From NCBI GenBank assembly GCA_964016885.1, contig OZ024742.1:56110001-56174000 (forward strand): a stretch of DNA of 64,000 bases. Direction: 5' to 3'. The DNA comes from Eledone cirrhosa (lineage: Eukaryota). A program made the position numbers and the translations under genes. Below the pieces are notes generated by a model. It was not told the DNA's origin and ran no database searches. It saw only the letters and a program-made list of their open reading frames with translations. Below, piece by piece: positions 39,351 to 53,953 of the stretch. Each line of letters opens with the position of its first letter. Position 1 is the stretch's first letter.

Positions 39351-40545
39351 GTGTGTCTATTTGTATGAATGTATGTATGTACGTATGTTTTTATTAGTGT
39401 GTGTATGTATGTATTCATATGTGGGTATAGAACGTGCGATTGGGCGTGGGAGATATAACGAAAAGAAGAAACTAACAGATATAAAGGTGGGGAAAGAACA
39501 TAGATAAATTGAAGGAGATAGCGATTGGAGAATGAATGACATTCTCAAGATTAATGGCATTCCTGATATCTTATCATTCATGTCATTTATATTTCAAACG
39601 CTTTCAATTAGCGAAATTAGCTCCAATCGTGTGGACATATCCTAGTTTATTCTGGCAATACCATATATGCATTCGTATTTGTTTATTCATTTTAACTTAA
39701 TTACTAGTGTCTGTCATCTCCAAACGATTGATTATAAATTGCTTTTTCCCCAACACTTTTTCTCTGCGAAAATATATTACTAAAGCGGAAAGTCTGTAAA
39801 TATTACTAATGACAGATTTCAGTCAAAATAACTTTTTGTTGTTTATTGCAGCAAAAAGAAAAGCATAGCCTATGACATTACTTGAATATTAATATAATGA
39901 TATAGATGTTATTCCTGTTGTATAGTACTTCATTGCAATCCAAGGAATTCATTGCACTAAAAGCAGGTGTTTAGATCTCTCATACAATACTTGTATTCAT
40001 CCATATAGTTTATTGAATGATATATCACACTATATCACAATACCCAGCAGTGGAAAACACTTACTTTCAGAAACTGCGCAGCTGAACCTGCCGTACTCTA
40101 TAATTGCTAGCTTCAAGAATGTAACAATGTTTGATACATGTTTATGACAACTATATATTTTTTATATGTCTCCATCCTCTGCAAACAAACTGTTGCGTTC
40201 TATATTAGATTAACGCTAATTTTCGCTGATGTTGAACACATACAGACGCAATACATTTTATATTACAGAAATCCAAATGTTTGCTAATGAACACACTTTG
40301 ACACAAATATGCCTTATATTAGATAAACGTTGATTTTTTTCTTTTCTGGAGATGGACACACACAAACGCCAATATGGCCTATATTATAGGAAAGCTAACA
40401 TTTGCGGTTGAAGAACAATCCTTTAGACACATTTGATTAGATTGTATCACAAAAATACGATTGGCATAATAGAAGAAATTTATTTCACCCGCTATTATCT
40501 TTGAATACACTGATTGCATAGCATTTTCGAATAAACAATTGATAT

Positions 40546-40787
40546 CAGGGGTAGTGGAACTGCGGGGATGCTGGGCGTTTATGGACCCACCAATAATTAT
40601 ACTTTTCTCCCCAAACTCCTAAAACACATCTATTAGTATATACGCTACCATTTATGTACATGTTATGTTTATCGCATAAGGAAGTTTCTTATATCTTGGT
40701 TGATATTTGATAATAACAGCTAAACTAATCACTACACATAATTGATAACCCCCACCCTCCAATTCATAAATTATTACACCATCCCTG
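40546..40787. mobile_element. Possible old MITE with CAGGG termini
   Basis: caggggtagtggaa ... ttacaccatccctg form an imperfect TIR. Confidence 0.3.
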
Positions 40788-41491
40788 TATATACATCAGT
40801 TCCTCGCTTGATGAGTTTTAGTTGCTTATACATGAGAAATATTGTACGAAACACTACACATATTTCCATCCAACAAATTAGAGATTAAAGTTTAAGGTGA
40901 AATTCAGGCGTAATAACGATCTACATAAGTAGGTTGTGAACATTACTCCCGTTGTATCAGTAAATATTTTGTTAGTGAATTGAACAAATAAGTTAATTGA
41001 ACTAATAGGTCTTGTTATATTCAGCTAAGTTTCATAGAATATACCATTTTATATGTGCGATAAGAGGAAAATCAATTAGCAAATAAAAAATAAGAGGGAA
41101 TATATAAAATATTTATATATATCTGTATATGTACATGTATATATGTACCTGTGTATACAGACAAATGACTGATATATGAAGAATAATTTACTTTACATTA
41201 CGTACATACAATATTTGAATTATGTACATACAAAAATCTCCATTTTATGTTGGATAGTAGTATGTCAACACTCACTTCCTCCAAATTGATTTTAATACGT
41301 TAACTTCGACAAAAACAATTTTCTAATAGAAACCAAAATGTAGGAGTTATAATAGAGAAGATATTGTGTTAAGTAAAGTCTTATTTTCACTTCATCAAAA
41401 GAAGACTGTAAATAGAATAGTTACGTGTTATCGAATGTCGGATAACTGATAGAACATCAACTATTTTGTCTTTGTCTTATATTTTATATAG

Positions 41492-41538
41492 GTGAGACAG
41501 GTTCAAAGAGTTACCGTACAGAACTCAACACTGTTTGA
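41492..41538 (+). CDS. Possible short terminal coding exon of a host gene ((G)[14 protein letters not shown])
   Basis: Preceded by a T-rich tract and TAG acceptor at 41489-41491, in unique sequence. No partner exon found. Confidence 0.2.
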
Positions 41539-41884
41539 TGTGCTTCCAAAGCTAATCTTCTTCTGCAGCTTTATCGCTTCTAGCTGTTGGAAGACAAATT
41601 TACGCAGACTTCCAGCCAACAAACAATCAATACAGATTAACAGTATGTATTCGTTTATATACATATATATACGACGGCAATCACATATATATATACGTAT
41701 TCTTATGGACTCAAATATATACAACCACACAACAGCACATGCTCATATGCATGAACATTTTCATGCGATTGTACATATATATATATATGAATACATAATT
41801 GCCATGGCATATATGTATATAAATGAATACATACTATTAATCTATATTGCTTGTTTGTTGGTTGGAAGTCTGCGTGTATATATG

Positions 41885-42036
<152 letters not shown>

Positions 42037-42310
42037 TTGGTGCTCTGAATATATAGTGTATTTTGCAATACACTGTATGCTTAATTAAAAGCATTTCGAA
42101 GACCTTACGATATTGTTTTGGAGTAGTGACAGTCTCACTTACTTTAAATTTTCAGCAAACAAGGGAGATAAAGCTGACAAAGCTCTGTTTCGTACTGATT
42201 GCTACTTATCAAAGCCAAGTACTCCACCTGCTTGCTGAAAATCATGAATGTTTGATTCTTATAGAATTCTAATAATAATCAGGAATGTATACATTTATAT
42301 ATACGTATAC

Positions 42311-42344
<34 letters not shown>

Positions 42345-42347
<3 letters not shown>

Positions 42348-43040
42348 TAAATTTAGTTCTTCATCAGTGATCTTCCAGCCTTCATTGGTATTTCATCGCT
42401 TTAAAGACCATATACCTCTGGTTGGTGCGAGCAACGGCTAAAGAAAGTCGTTGGGACACGTGAACAGGGGGAACGAGCGCGACAGTAAACAAACAACGAT
42501 GGTAATGCAACAAAAAGTGAGGAAGAAGGAATCAAGTCCCTGAAATCGATGAACATAAGTTCTGTGAAATCGTAGACGAGAGAGAATAAAGACCATCAAA
42601 CCTGGTCGAAATGTGAGTAAGGAAAGAATTTCGCACAGGTCAAACGGGAGGAAGAAGGAGCCAAGTCTCTGAAATCGATGAACATAAGTTCTGTGAAATC
42701 GTAGACGAGAGAGAATAAAGACCATCCGACCTGGTCAAAGTGTGAGTGAGGAAAGACGTCCACGATTTGACAGAACTTATGTTCATCGATTTCAGGGACT
42801 TGACTCCTTCTTCCTCACTTTTAGTTGCATTACGATCTTTGTTTGTTTACTCTCTCGCTCGTTCCCCCTATTTAAGTGTCCCAACGACTTTCTTTAGCCG
42901 TTGCTCGCACCAACCAGAGGTATATGGTCTTTAAAGCGATGAAATACCAATGAAGGCTGGAAGATCACTGATGGAGCACTAAATTTATTCATATGTAACC
43001 CATTTGCAACCACGCAGCACGCCATGTTTTCATATTTTTC
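42345..43040. repeat. Non-coding fold-back element related to 24425-25240
   Basis: 42345-42570 is the reverse complement of about 42762-42993. Internal duplication 42525-42645 / 42650-42755. Confidence 0.7.
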
Positions 43041-43063
43041 ATATATATATATATATATAATTA

Positions 43064-43163
43064 CAGTGTGTCCCCCAAAAATGTATAGACAATTTGATTA
43101 CCAGTACAGGCAATATTTATTAGAATGCACAGCCTTTTTGTATAGATTTTTGGGGACACCCTG
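43064..43163. mobile_element. Tc1/mariner-type MITE
   Basis: TA-cagtgtgtcccccaaaaatgtata ... tatagatttttggggacaccctg-TA. TIRs with a TA target duplication. Confidence 0.7.
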
Positions 43164-44519
43164 TATATATGATAATAAGAGTTGAAATTAATGCATGCAT
43201 GATTTCACAGTTCCAGCATCACTCCTTCAAATTCAGCCTATGAACGCTATCTCACCCTCGTATATGTGGATACCGATAGTAGTGTTGAATGTTAAATAAT
43301 TAAAGAAATTTAAATGAAACGTACTTAAAGGAACTTGTAGATTCCTTCTCATCTAAGTACTTGTATCCTGGCGAGATTAGCTAAGAGAATTCCGTTTAAA
43401 GTGAACTTTATGTTATTGGTCTCGCTTGGAGGATCCAACCGGATCAATTAGAAACGGTTGCTTCTGACAAAACCCAGTCGCTGGAAGGCGTGTTTGAGGA
43501 CTCTGATCACATGACCATCGCAGGAATAACTGGCCGAAGAAGAAGCTGGTGAGTCAGAGACAAGATGTGTAAACGACATACACACATGTGTCAGTATTCA
43601 GTGTTCACGTCTCAGTATTTGTGAAATTTGTTATGATTGTTTAAGTTTGTGAAGAGAGGAAATGGAGTTTATATTGTGTAACTCGAGATAAACTGTACAA
43701 TTGAGATGAAAGGAGAAGTGACAGCGTCACTTCTCACTTCATTCAAAACCCACCCATTACCATCTTTAGGCGTGTTCCTAATCAGCGCGACCTCCTCCTG
43801 GAACGCAGTTCCTTCCATTCCTCTCCTATGACTCCACATGGCTCCCTTATCTGTTCCTGTCCTCTCTGTAACACTTATCATTTCATTTCTAACTTCACCA
43901 CTCCCACAGGCTCTAAAGGTTCTTTCCGTATCCGTCACTCCTCCACTTGCACATTCACGCTCGCAGACTAAGCCCTGCAGCATTTCCTGAACACTTGAAA
44001 AAACATACCACTCGAGATAGATACCTTCGTCGCTCGTCATTTTCGTTCCCCAGGCGACTCCTCCCTTCACGTAAAGTCCTTGGTGTACTTTTACATCACA
44101 GAACGCTGGCCCTGCGCACCAGTACTGAGTGGAATCTGACTTTCGCCTTGCATTGTACCCGAAAGAGTGTAAACACGATGGCGTCGGTGAAAGGGGAATA
44201 ACCCATTAAGGGAGGTAATTATACGGTGTTAGGCCAGGAATTCCCTTAAGTTTATTTGAACCTATCCCAGCCAGGGGGAAGGTTTAGCAGGGTGAGTCTA
44301 ACTCAGTAGGTGATGCGCAGTGCCTTGGTAGAAATCCGATGGTTGGTTGATAGAGTCATTAGACACTGCACTTTGGCATATCTATTGCATGTGGACTAAC
44401 TTTAGGTGTGATGCAGAAAGCTGTGGGGATATGATGTTATTCTGGTTCTGGAGACCACCTGTGGAAAGAGTGCTGCAGTCTGTGGCCGCAATTGATGACC
44501 GTTTCGGCCCGACTATTAA

Positions 44520-45445
44520 TGATATCCTGGGTGCTTTCACTATATAATATAATTCCTTTAAGCAGAGCTGGCAATATTTCCTGAAATTATATGGGGTTGC
44601 TTGGTTAACAATTTCCCATTGTGTGGTGTAGCTAATGTTAGATTCAGTTAATTGAGTAATATAATTAGCGAGTGAGGTAGAGAATCTTAGTTTCTTATTT
44701 CTAAAGGAGTGGAGATGGGATCTAAACCTAGTCTTGAACTCATTAGAAGTGGAGTTTATGTATAACTTAGTGCTATTATAACTCGTCACAGTGCATTTAT
44801 AGATTACGTTTCTAATCAAGCAGTGGCCCTGGAGTGGACAGTTGTTGGGGTTTCGGCAATTGCATGGTTTTTGCTGCTATTTCTAATATGGTGAGGTCCG
44901 CTGCTATCATTACCAACATCACCATTGTCGTCATTGTTGCGATAGGCGTTATTAGAGTTATAGTCTTGTGATATGGTGCTATTCCTATTGTTCCTATTAC
45001 GGCCCCTTCTACAGCTGTTGTTACCGCTGCTATCGTTTCTAATCTGGTCGCCAGCTCGACTATTAGTGCTGCGGTTAATCTCTATGGTGTTGATATTGTT
45101 GCGGTTACTGCTAATACTATGATTATTACTCTATTTTCTATTATTGCTACTGTTATCGCCAACTGGGTTGTTAAGGTTATTAGGGTCGCCAGATACCCCA
45201 ATGTTGGCATTACAGGCTGGCTTTATTCTAGTGACCTTTCTGTGGTTGCTAAGTGCTATGAGGTCGGCTAAGTTAGGTGTAGTAGAGTAAGAGATTTTGA
45301 CACTATTCTTGTTGAGGATCTTGTGGTATCTATGGCTAGGTGGGACGTTCCTCTCTAAGGCGTCGAAGAAGATTCTAGGTATGTTTGAGGCTATACTCCT
45401 AGAGTAAGGGGGAAGGAACCATATGACATTACGCCGGCATTTCCA
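44520..45445 (-). pseudogene. PLE linker plus GIY-YIG fragment
   Basis: RNVIWFLPPYSRSIASNIPRIFF..YHKILNKNSVKISYSTTPNL, CNCRNPNNCPLQGHCLIRNVIYKCTV..YINSTSNEFKTRF..CQLC. Confidence 0.85.
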
Positions 45446-46329
45446 TGTCGCTGTTGGGCCAATGTGGTCGTTTAAGCACTAGTGGGTGTTTCTACTGTGG
45501 CAGTTGGAATGCTGTCTGTTGTGCGCTCTATTCCTATTAGACCCATGTGTTAAGCTACGCTCTGAAGGGTGGACCTGTAATCACACAAATTATTATTTCT
45601 CCAAAGAGCCCATCTGGGCAAAACATGTGTAAGAGCTATATAAAGAACTTGTTTTAACGGATTGTAACTCCTTCATTCATTCATCCATTTGCTTATATAT
45701 ATATATATATATACAGAGAGAGTGAAGTAACAGAAAAAGAGGGAGATACAAAGATGCAGATTATGTGTAGATAAAGGATCAGGGAAAACAATCTTCAATC
45801 TAGTACATGAGAGCATATTTAGTATATATTAAAATTCCATGCATTTACAATATATGCGTGACCTTAGGATTCGGGATCCGCCTTGCTTATCAGCGTCAAG
45901 GACACAGTTTAAAGAAAGACCGATACTTTACCAAATATGGTCATATTTTGTAGAGAGCTCTATTCAAGAACAATGGATGGGCTCCCAAAACAAACCATTA
46001 ATTCTAAAGATACAGAACTATATGATTTGAATTGAAAGATATGTATATATGCTTGACTTAAGTTGTAAGTTAATCGATGTGTATTTGTAATATGGGCGTA
46101 ACATAAAGTGTAAGTTATTTTGAAAAGGCCTTAGAGAACATTAACGTATCTCGTTACAAATCGGTAATGGTCGTATATCGTAAATTGGTCATCCTTATAG
46201 GAACAAAGGGAGATAATAATCCCTGTGTTATTTTTTAGGCTAATTTACAATTTAAGTCAAAAGAATGCTCCCTAAGAAATGTGAGAATATTTCGTGAAGT
46301 AACGATTTTTCAGTGATATTTTTCAGTGA

Positions 46330-47275
46330 TATTAACCCCCAACACACTATATCAGACATAACGTTTGGCGCCCCTGATGTCTTAGCGGCAATAAACGAAA
46401 TTAAACACAATTCAGCAGTAGGCGCCGACAGGTTCCCTGCTTGTGTCCTGAAGGTGTGTTGACACCAACTTGCAACTCCTCTTGCTAATCTGTGGAGGAA
46501 CTCACTGGACACTGGCTATATTCCTGAAAACTTTCTGTCCCAGTCCGTTGTCCCAGTCTTCAAAAAGGGAAACAAGTCGCTTTCAGTGAACTACCGTCCG
46601 ATCTCACTCACCTCTCATATTATCAAGGTATTTGAGAGGGTGGTGAGATCACGAATAACCCACTTTCTTGAAAGCAACGGCCTGCTGAACTCCAACCAAC
46701 ATGGGTTCCGTAATGGAAGGGACTGCTTAACTCAGCTCCTGCGTCACTTTGACGACGTTTTGAGAGTCTTGGGAGAGGGCTCCAACACTGATGCCATCTA
46801 CCTTGATTTCAGCAAGGCCTTCGACAGGGTTGACCATAAGATTCTACTGAAAAAACTATCCAATGGAATAGTCTCTGGAAGGTTACTACAGTGGATCAAA
46901 TGTTTCCTGACAGCATGTTGTAGTCGAAGGAGTAAAATCAAGCCCTGCCAAAGTCCGCAATGGCGTCTCACAAGGTACTGTGTTGGGCCCACTTCTTTTC
47001 ATCATCTACATTAATGACATTACTGACATCATCAAACACAGTAACATCAGAATCTTCGCAGATGATTCCAAGCTCCAAAGGGTCATCAATGAGGTGGGTG
47101 ACCGGATTTGCCTTCAGTCAGACCTACTGGCTGTTATCCAATGGGCAGAGATGAATAATATGCTGTTGAATGAGGATAAATTTGAACTAATCCACTTTGG
47201 AAAAAAGGATGCTCTGAAACTACCATACTCTCTTCCTTCGGGTGAAACTCTAGTGGCTTCCAATAATATCAGAGA
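46330..47275 (+). pseudogene. CR1/L2-group LINE RT fragment
   Basis: [53 protein letters not shown]. Contains stops and frameshifts. Confidence 0.9.
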
Positions 47276-49797
47276 AGAGGTCGAGAAAGTATACTAGGGA
47301 GGGGGAGGGGGGAGGAAGTCGAAACAATAAGTAAATGTAAGTGGAGTAAATATATAGTAGAATAATAAGAATGTTAAAAATATAAAAAAACAATTTCTGG
47401 TTACTATTCCCTTACCACAATCATCAAGTCTCTCACTGGTACTGCCAAACTACAGAAAAGTTTAATAGGTGGGACGGAATAATAAATACGAGATTGTAGT
47501 GAAATAATTTTATGAGTTAGTAGTAATCATCCAAATCTATCTTACAGTGATAGGTCAACAAGTAGGGGGCCAAAATACTAAAGAAACTACTACGAAATAA
47601 TAATTCAGAGTCCCGAAACTAATACGAAATCATAATTCAGAATCCCGAAAATGAATACTAATGCAATATATAAGGGTGCCGCTACGATACAACAATTCTA
47701 ATACAAACTACATACATTACATAAATGCTCGTACGGTATATATGAAAAATTTGATACGAAAAATATTAATTCAGAATCCCCCCCCCCCCCCCCCAAAAAA
47801 ATACTGATATACGAGAAACTAAAGCAGAGATACCACTAAGAAATCTAGAAAGCACGGAAATGGGGTAGCCATCGGATAAGAAAGCAAGTATCTGGCGTCT
47901 ATCACATCTGCTATAAAAAGCGGAGTCGGCCAATTCTATCATAGAATAGGGGATGGGGGTGGGGGTACTGAGGCTACAAAGGACCGAAGGGCTACCTCGG
48001 GGTGGTCGAGAAAGTGAAAAGGACGACGACAAAGAGGAGAACTGGGGTGGAAGGACTAGGAAGGGATGGGGGAAGAAGGAAATGTAGAGGAAACGATAAA
48101 AAGATATATAAGAAAATCTTATGTCTACCTTTGCAAGCAGGGGTTACCCATTACAAGGTCGGCAAGTGGGGTGTTACAGCCCTTGTCTAGCCCCCCCCCC
48201 CCCGGTCATTATGGGGTTTGAGGGCGAGGTAAGTCCTACGCAATCTGTGTTTGCATGCAGTTACCAGTTCGTCTTTCTTGTTTAGGAGTTGGTCCGTCGA
48301 AAACAGTATTTGTAATGTTTCCTCCGAGCATAAATTGCACGGACGGCGTCCTCCCGTGTAAGAGTTGGCTCTGGACAGTAAGCTCCAAGTGAGATCATAG
48401 GTTATATTGTTATCTTTGATGTCCCAGATATGGCCCGAAAGTGTGGTGGCGTGACGCCGGGCCGGGTTTCGGAAAGTATGTCTGTGTTGGTATAGCCGGG
48501 TCTTGAAGTCACATGCAGTTAATCCTATATAAGCTTTGTTGGAGGTGTCCGTCCTCACTTTGCACTGGTAGATCACATTGGTAGATCTCCTGGTCGGCTC
48601 TCCACTGCTATTTAGGTTATTTCTTCCATAGGGGTTGAGTTTTTTGTTGTTAGATGAGAGATCTTTTGTGCAAAGTTAGGTGTGGTGCTGTAGAAGAGTT
48701 TGATGGTATTTTTGTTGATTATGTTGTTGTAGCGGTGTTGTAGTGGGAAGTGTTTTTCAATGAGCCTAAAGAAGATTTTCCCGATAGGTGTTGTCACCTC
48801 GGCGTTGTGGGGAGGATTGAACCATGTTACGTTGCGTGAGCGGCGGTGTCGCCTGCTGGTTCCGCTAATGGAAGCTGGTGGACAGTAGGATATTTCCTCC
48901 CGGAAGACACTCCGCTTGAGGGCCTGGTTGTAATAAGGCGCATGTTCCTCGAATTCTGGAATTCTGAATTAATATTTTTCGTATCAAATTTTTCATATAT
49001 ATCGTACGAGCATTTATGTAGTTTGTATTAGAATTGTTGTATCGTAGCGGCACCCTTATATATTGCATTAGTATTTATTTTCGGGATTCTGAATTATTAT
49101 TTCGTAGTAGTTTCTTTAGTATTTTGGCCCCCTACCTGTTGACCTGTCACTGTAAGATAGATTTGGATGATTACTACTAACTCATAAAATTCTTTCACTA
49201 CAATCTCGTATTTATTATTCCGTCCCACCTATTAAACTTTTCTGTAGTTTGGCAGTACCAGTGAGAGACTTGATGATTGTGGTAAGGGAATAGTAACCAG
49301 AAATTGTTTTTTTATATTTTTAACATTCTTATTATTCTACCATATATTTACTCCACTTAGATTTACTTATTGTTTCGACTTCCTCCCCCTCCCCCTCCCT
49401 AGTATACTTTCTCGACCTCTTATCCTTAGGATCCTGCTGTAGTTGGCACTATCAACGCACGACTGGGTTTCCTCCACTCCCTCTCACTCTTTCTTCTACT
49501 GGCAAGTTCAGCTACCCCTTCCTTCCACAAAATGCCATGATAGAATTATGTGACTCAACAACAAACTTTTGATCAATCCTTGTGACACTCACTTTTACCA
49601 TATATGTAATTACCCCGTGAGAAGCTCGGCTATTCATGTACCAGGATAAAAATGTTCATTTAGTCCAGAATTAGCCGTCGAAATGGCTTGATCTCAGCCG
49701 TCGGGTTCCTACTCGTTCCTATTACCCACTCCACTACCTTAGTATTGAGTACTTTGGTGCGTTATGGTCCATTTGGTTCCTTACGTCATTTCCTTCG

Positions 49798-49800
<3 letters not shown>
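47275..49800. mobile_element. PLE fragment with inversion: GIY-YIG on minus strand, mirrored 3' UTR
   Basis: 48187-48850(-) reads RNVTWFNPPHN..YSTTPNFA, IYQCKV..YIGLT..FKTRL..CNLC..CKH. 47275-47778 is the reverse complement of about 48958-49420. Ends in (TA)n at 49800. Confidence 0.85.
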
Positions 49801-49896
<96 letters not shown>

Positions 49897-50360
49897 CATA
49901 CACAAAAATATAAAAATATAAATTATAAAATATAAAATAATGGTACGTACACATCCACATGCACATGCGTGCAAAAATACATATACACATACACATACAC
50001 ACGCATACACACATATGCATACAACCAAATATACTAACACACACCACACACATAAACCCTACAAAAAAGACCATTGGTACAAACCCTATGTACAAACGTA
50101 TACACATGCGTGCGCGCACTCGCACGTAACAAGAAATCAACAGACACATACAAAACGATACGTAAGACTATACAGACAAAAACAAAAGCATATATACAAC
50201 CGCATACACACAACTATATACGTAAACACATACATAGAACCATAATTAGGTATAATATATACATAAATAAACTCACACACATAAATATATACATACAAAC
50301 ACATACACACACACACATATATATATATACACACACACATATACATACATACAACCGCAT

Positions 50361-50452
<92 letters not shown>

Positions 50453-50689
50453 ACTTATATATATATATATACACATATATATATACATATATATATATAT
50501 ATACACATACATACACACACACATACATACGTACACTTATATACATATACACACACACATATATATATATATATAAATATACATAAACATATATATGCAT
50601 GCATTTACATACACGCACACATACGCACATTCACACACAGGTACAAATATATAATCAAAATACTATAAATATATGTACACATGAGCCTG

Positions 50690-51360
50690 TCTGCAGATGC
50701 GCCCCCACATAGCCCTATGTGAGAACATAAAAACCTAGTGGGTAGGTAAGGACAAAAGGGGGGTCAAATTGAAATAATAAACACAATTATTAAGAATAGG
50801 TAAGGGAAAAGTGTTCTAAAAGGTTTGCGATGAGATCTAGATAAGAGTATCTGGTTAAAGAGTGAACTGAGTAAATTATAAAGGTGGTGGGTGTGTATGT
50901 GTAAAGGGTAAGGTAGAAAGTAGGGGGGATTATAAGTCAACTGAAAAAAAATTCAAATAATAGGAAAAAAATAATAAATATAAAGAGATATAGAAGAGGA
51001 GATGAGGAGAAAAAGTATATATGGGTAAGAAGAGATTCTCCAAAACTTGAAAGCCCCTTCCACTTACCTCAACTCCAAGACTGAGATCTTCAGATGTTGT
51101 CCACATCTGAAATCGCATCTACATTTTAATTGGATTGACATTCCTGCGATGACTCAACCACCTTGAACTTCGTCTTTCCTCATTACGCCTTCCACTCACC
51201 ACGAATATCATTACCCTATGAACTCATATATACTTTTTCTCCCTCATCTCCTATACCTCTTTATATTTATTATTTTTTTCCTATTATTTAAAATTTTTTT
51301 CAGGTGACTTAACCTTTACACATACACACCCACCACCTTTATCCTTTATTCAGTTCACTC
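50690..51360. repeat. Non-coding fold-back insert
   Basis: About 50858-51025 is the reverse complement of about 51222-51361. Confidence 0.6.
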
Positions 51361-52161
51361 TGTGTGTGTGTGTCATTTTTGGCATCTAAATGAACTGGAG
51401 CAGCTTGAAGCAATTAAAATAGACATTTCTAGGAAATGAACACACGACATTACGATGGTAAGCGTACCACTCTAACCACCAAGCCATGCATCGTTTCAAG
51501 TTTAATTATGCAGCTAATGACATTGTTAAAAACAGTAATATCATATAATTTGTTTTCCATTCTCTGTGAACATTTCGTCTTTTGCATTATTAAGCAATAA
51601 ACCATGGTCTGTCTTCAAATAAATCGATTTTACTTGAAAAGAAAAGAGGCTTAATATTGTCAAGTGAAGTTCATAAGTTTGGATAAGTCTATTTTATTAT
51701 AGATTTGCACCAGTTCTTTGCCAGTGCTAAAATGTCCAATTCTCTTCAAATACAAATAGGTAGCCCATGGTATTGAAAAGACATTCCAGTAAACTAATGA
51801 ATATTTCATTAGTTGTTAGTGCTTATGTATTAGAAAATAGTAAATGACATTTAGCTTACTTTTCCCGAGGACTCAAGATGTGTAAATAACGAACGACTCG
51901 GAGGAATACAGAATTCCTAATAACTTACGTTTAAATACCGCATATCTTTTGCATCTAGTGCCACTACACTATAATATGAGCCCTGTTTATGAAACCAATA
52001 AAAGAAAGAATAAATGTCGTACCTGTGTATAATAAACCCAGTGTGAATTTATGTCTATGTAAGTTCAGTTTGTAAACTTGTACCATGTTAAAAATCTTGA
52101 TCTTATACATATATTTCACTACAATATTCAATTTCTCATAACGTGGAAGACTACATATCTA

Positions 52162-52329
52162 CCGTATGTTTAGCATTTTTATATAGAAACGCACACTGAA
52201 TGTATTTGCACTTTTTCTATTTAAACTGAGTAGAAATGTTTTAAAATGTGTACAATACGACCAATTTCTACCCAGAATTTCAGTTCAAATGTGTTCGTAT
52301 TATACGATATTATACGCTATAACCTACGG
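52162..52329. mobile_element. Possible pogo/Tigger-like MITE remnant
   Basis: TA-ccgtatgtttagc ... gctataacctacgg-TA form an imperfect TIR. Confidence 0.3.
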
Positions 52330-52689
52330 TAGGTATAATTGGTTTCTAAGTTTGTCAAAAATATTTTATGTTACACTAAAACGCAAAGTTGTGAGAACGC
52401 CGGATTGAATACTTGGCAGAATTCAGCATCCTTTAGTTCAAATCATACTACGTTTAGCTTCACCATTGATCCATTTGGGATTTTTTTTTAAAGTACCAGT
52501 CCGGCACTGGTGTTGATTCTTTCTGTGTCTCTTTCTTACCTCCTCATCATTATTCTCTCATCTGCTCTGGAAGAAATTGGCTGTTTATTGAGCGGAAATA
52601 TTTTGGAGTTTGGAGTACCCTAGACGCGCCGTATGTAACTCCATCAAGAGTTACGGATTCATACATATATCACATTATATTATTCTTTA

Positions 52690-52805
52690 GAGTTCAAATC
52701 CCGCCGAGGTTAACTTTGCCTCTCATCCATACGGGGTCGATAAAATAATGTACCAATAATACACTGGGATAATTGCTGGCCTTGTACCAAAAGTAGAAAC
52801 AATTA
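52690..52805 (+). mobile_element. tRNA-derived SINE, 5'-truncated
   Basis: B box gagttcaaatcc, conserved body and tagaaacaatt tail. An older copy lies at about 52410-52510. Confidence 0.8.
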
Positions 52806-53225
52806 TATTATTCTTTAGAAACAATGGAAATTAAGATGCAACCAACATTATGAGCTGTAGGGTTTCAGCTCATCATTTTCTCTTATTCATATTCCTTTTT
52901 TCATTTCAAATATATTTGCAATGTTTATGCAACGTGAACAGGAGATAACATTGTATTTTGAAGTTGTATTGATATAAATGTGACACGAACTTAATAATAT
53001 ATATACAGAAAACAGAAAAAATCATTGTGTGCGGGAATACTGTAATTATGATAAGGAGGAAATATTTAGTTAAGAAAAAATAGAAAAAAAAATAAACAAG
53101 ATGAATTGAAATGATAAAATTGTGCTTCAATGTTTCATATTTAAGGAAACAGTTTATTTTAATATGTGTACCTTGATTTTAGGGTAAAGCATTTATATAT
53201 GTATATAAACAAGATATATATACAT

Positions 53226-53297
<72 letters not shown>

Positions 53298-53601
53298 AGT
53301 TAATATAAATTAATATATTTGATAAACACAAATACCAACATATCCGTGTTTGTATTGTAAACGACTAAAGTTAGCTAGATTGAAAAATACTAATTATAAT
53401 AATACAGTTTGCCTGTCTCGATTTAAAATAATAAATCAATAAAAACTTTAGTCGTTTACAATACAAAGACGGATATGTTGATATTTGTGTTTATCAAATA
53501 TATTAATTTATGTTAACTTGTATTACACGGCTCGGAAATACTTCTTTCTTTGAGCTATTTCATTGTAAAGGACTGCCTGAGGTTTGAACTCATTATTAAT
53601 A

Positions 53602-53680
<79 letters not shown>

Positions 53681-53790
53681 CATATATATATATCCATATA
53701 TATATATATATATAAATACATATATATGCATATATACGCACACACACATATATATATATACAAAGATCGGAATTATAATGTACATATATA

Positions 53791-53857
<67 letters not shown>

Positions 53858-53876
53858 GTACATATATAATGTATAT

Positions 53877-53949
<73 letters not shown>

Positions 53950-53953
<4 letters not shown>

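Noticed and set aside
45856-45897. HHR-like motif on the minus strand (CTGATAA..GAAT..GGTC)
   Set aside because: Several core mismatches, and stem I does not pair.
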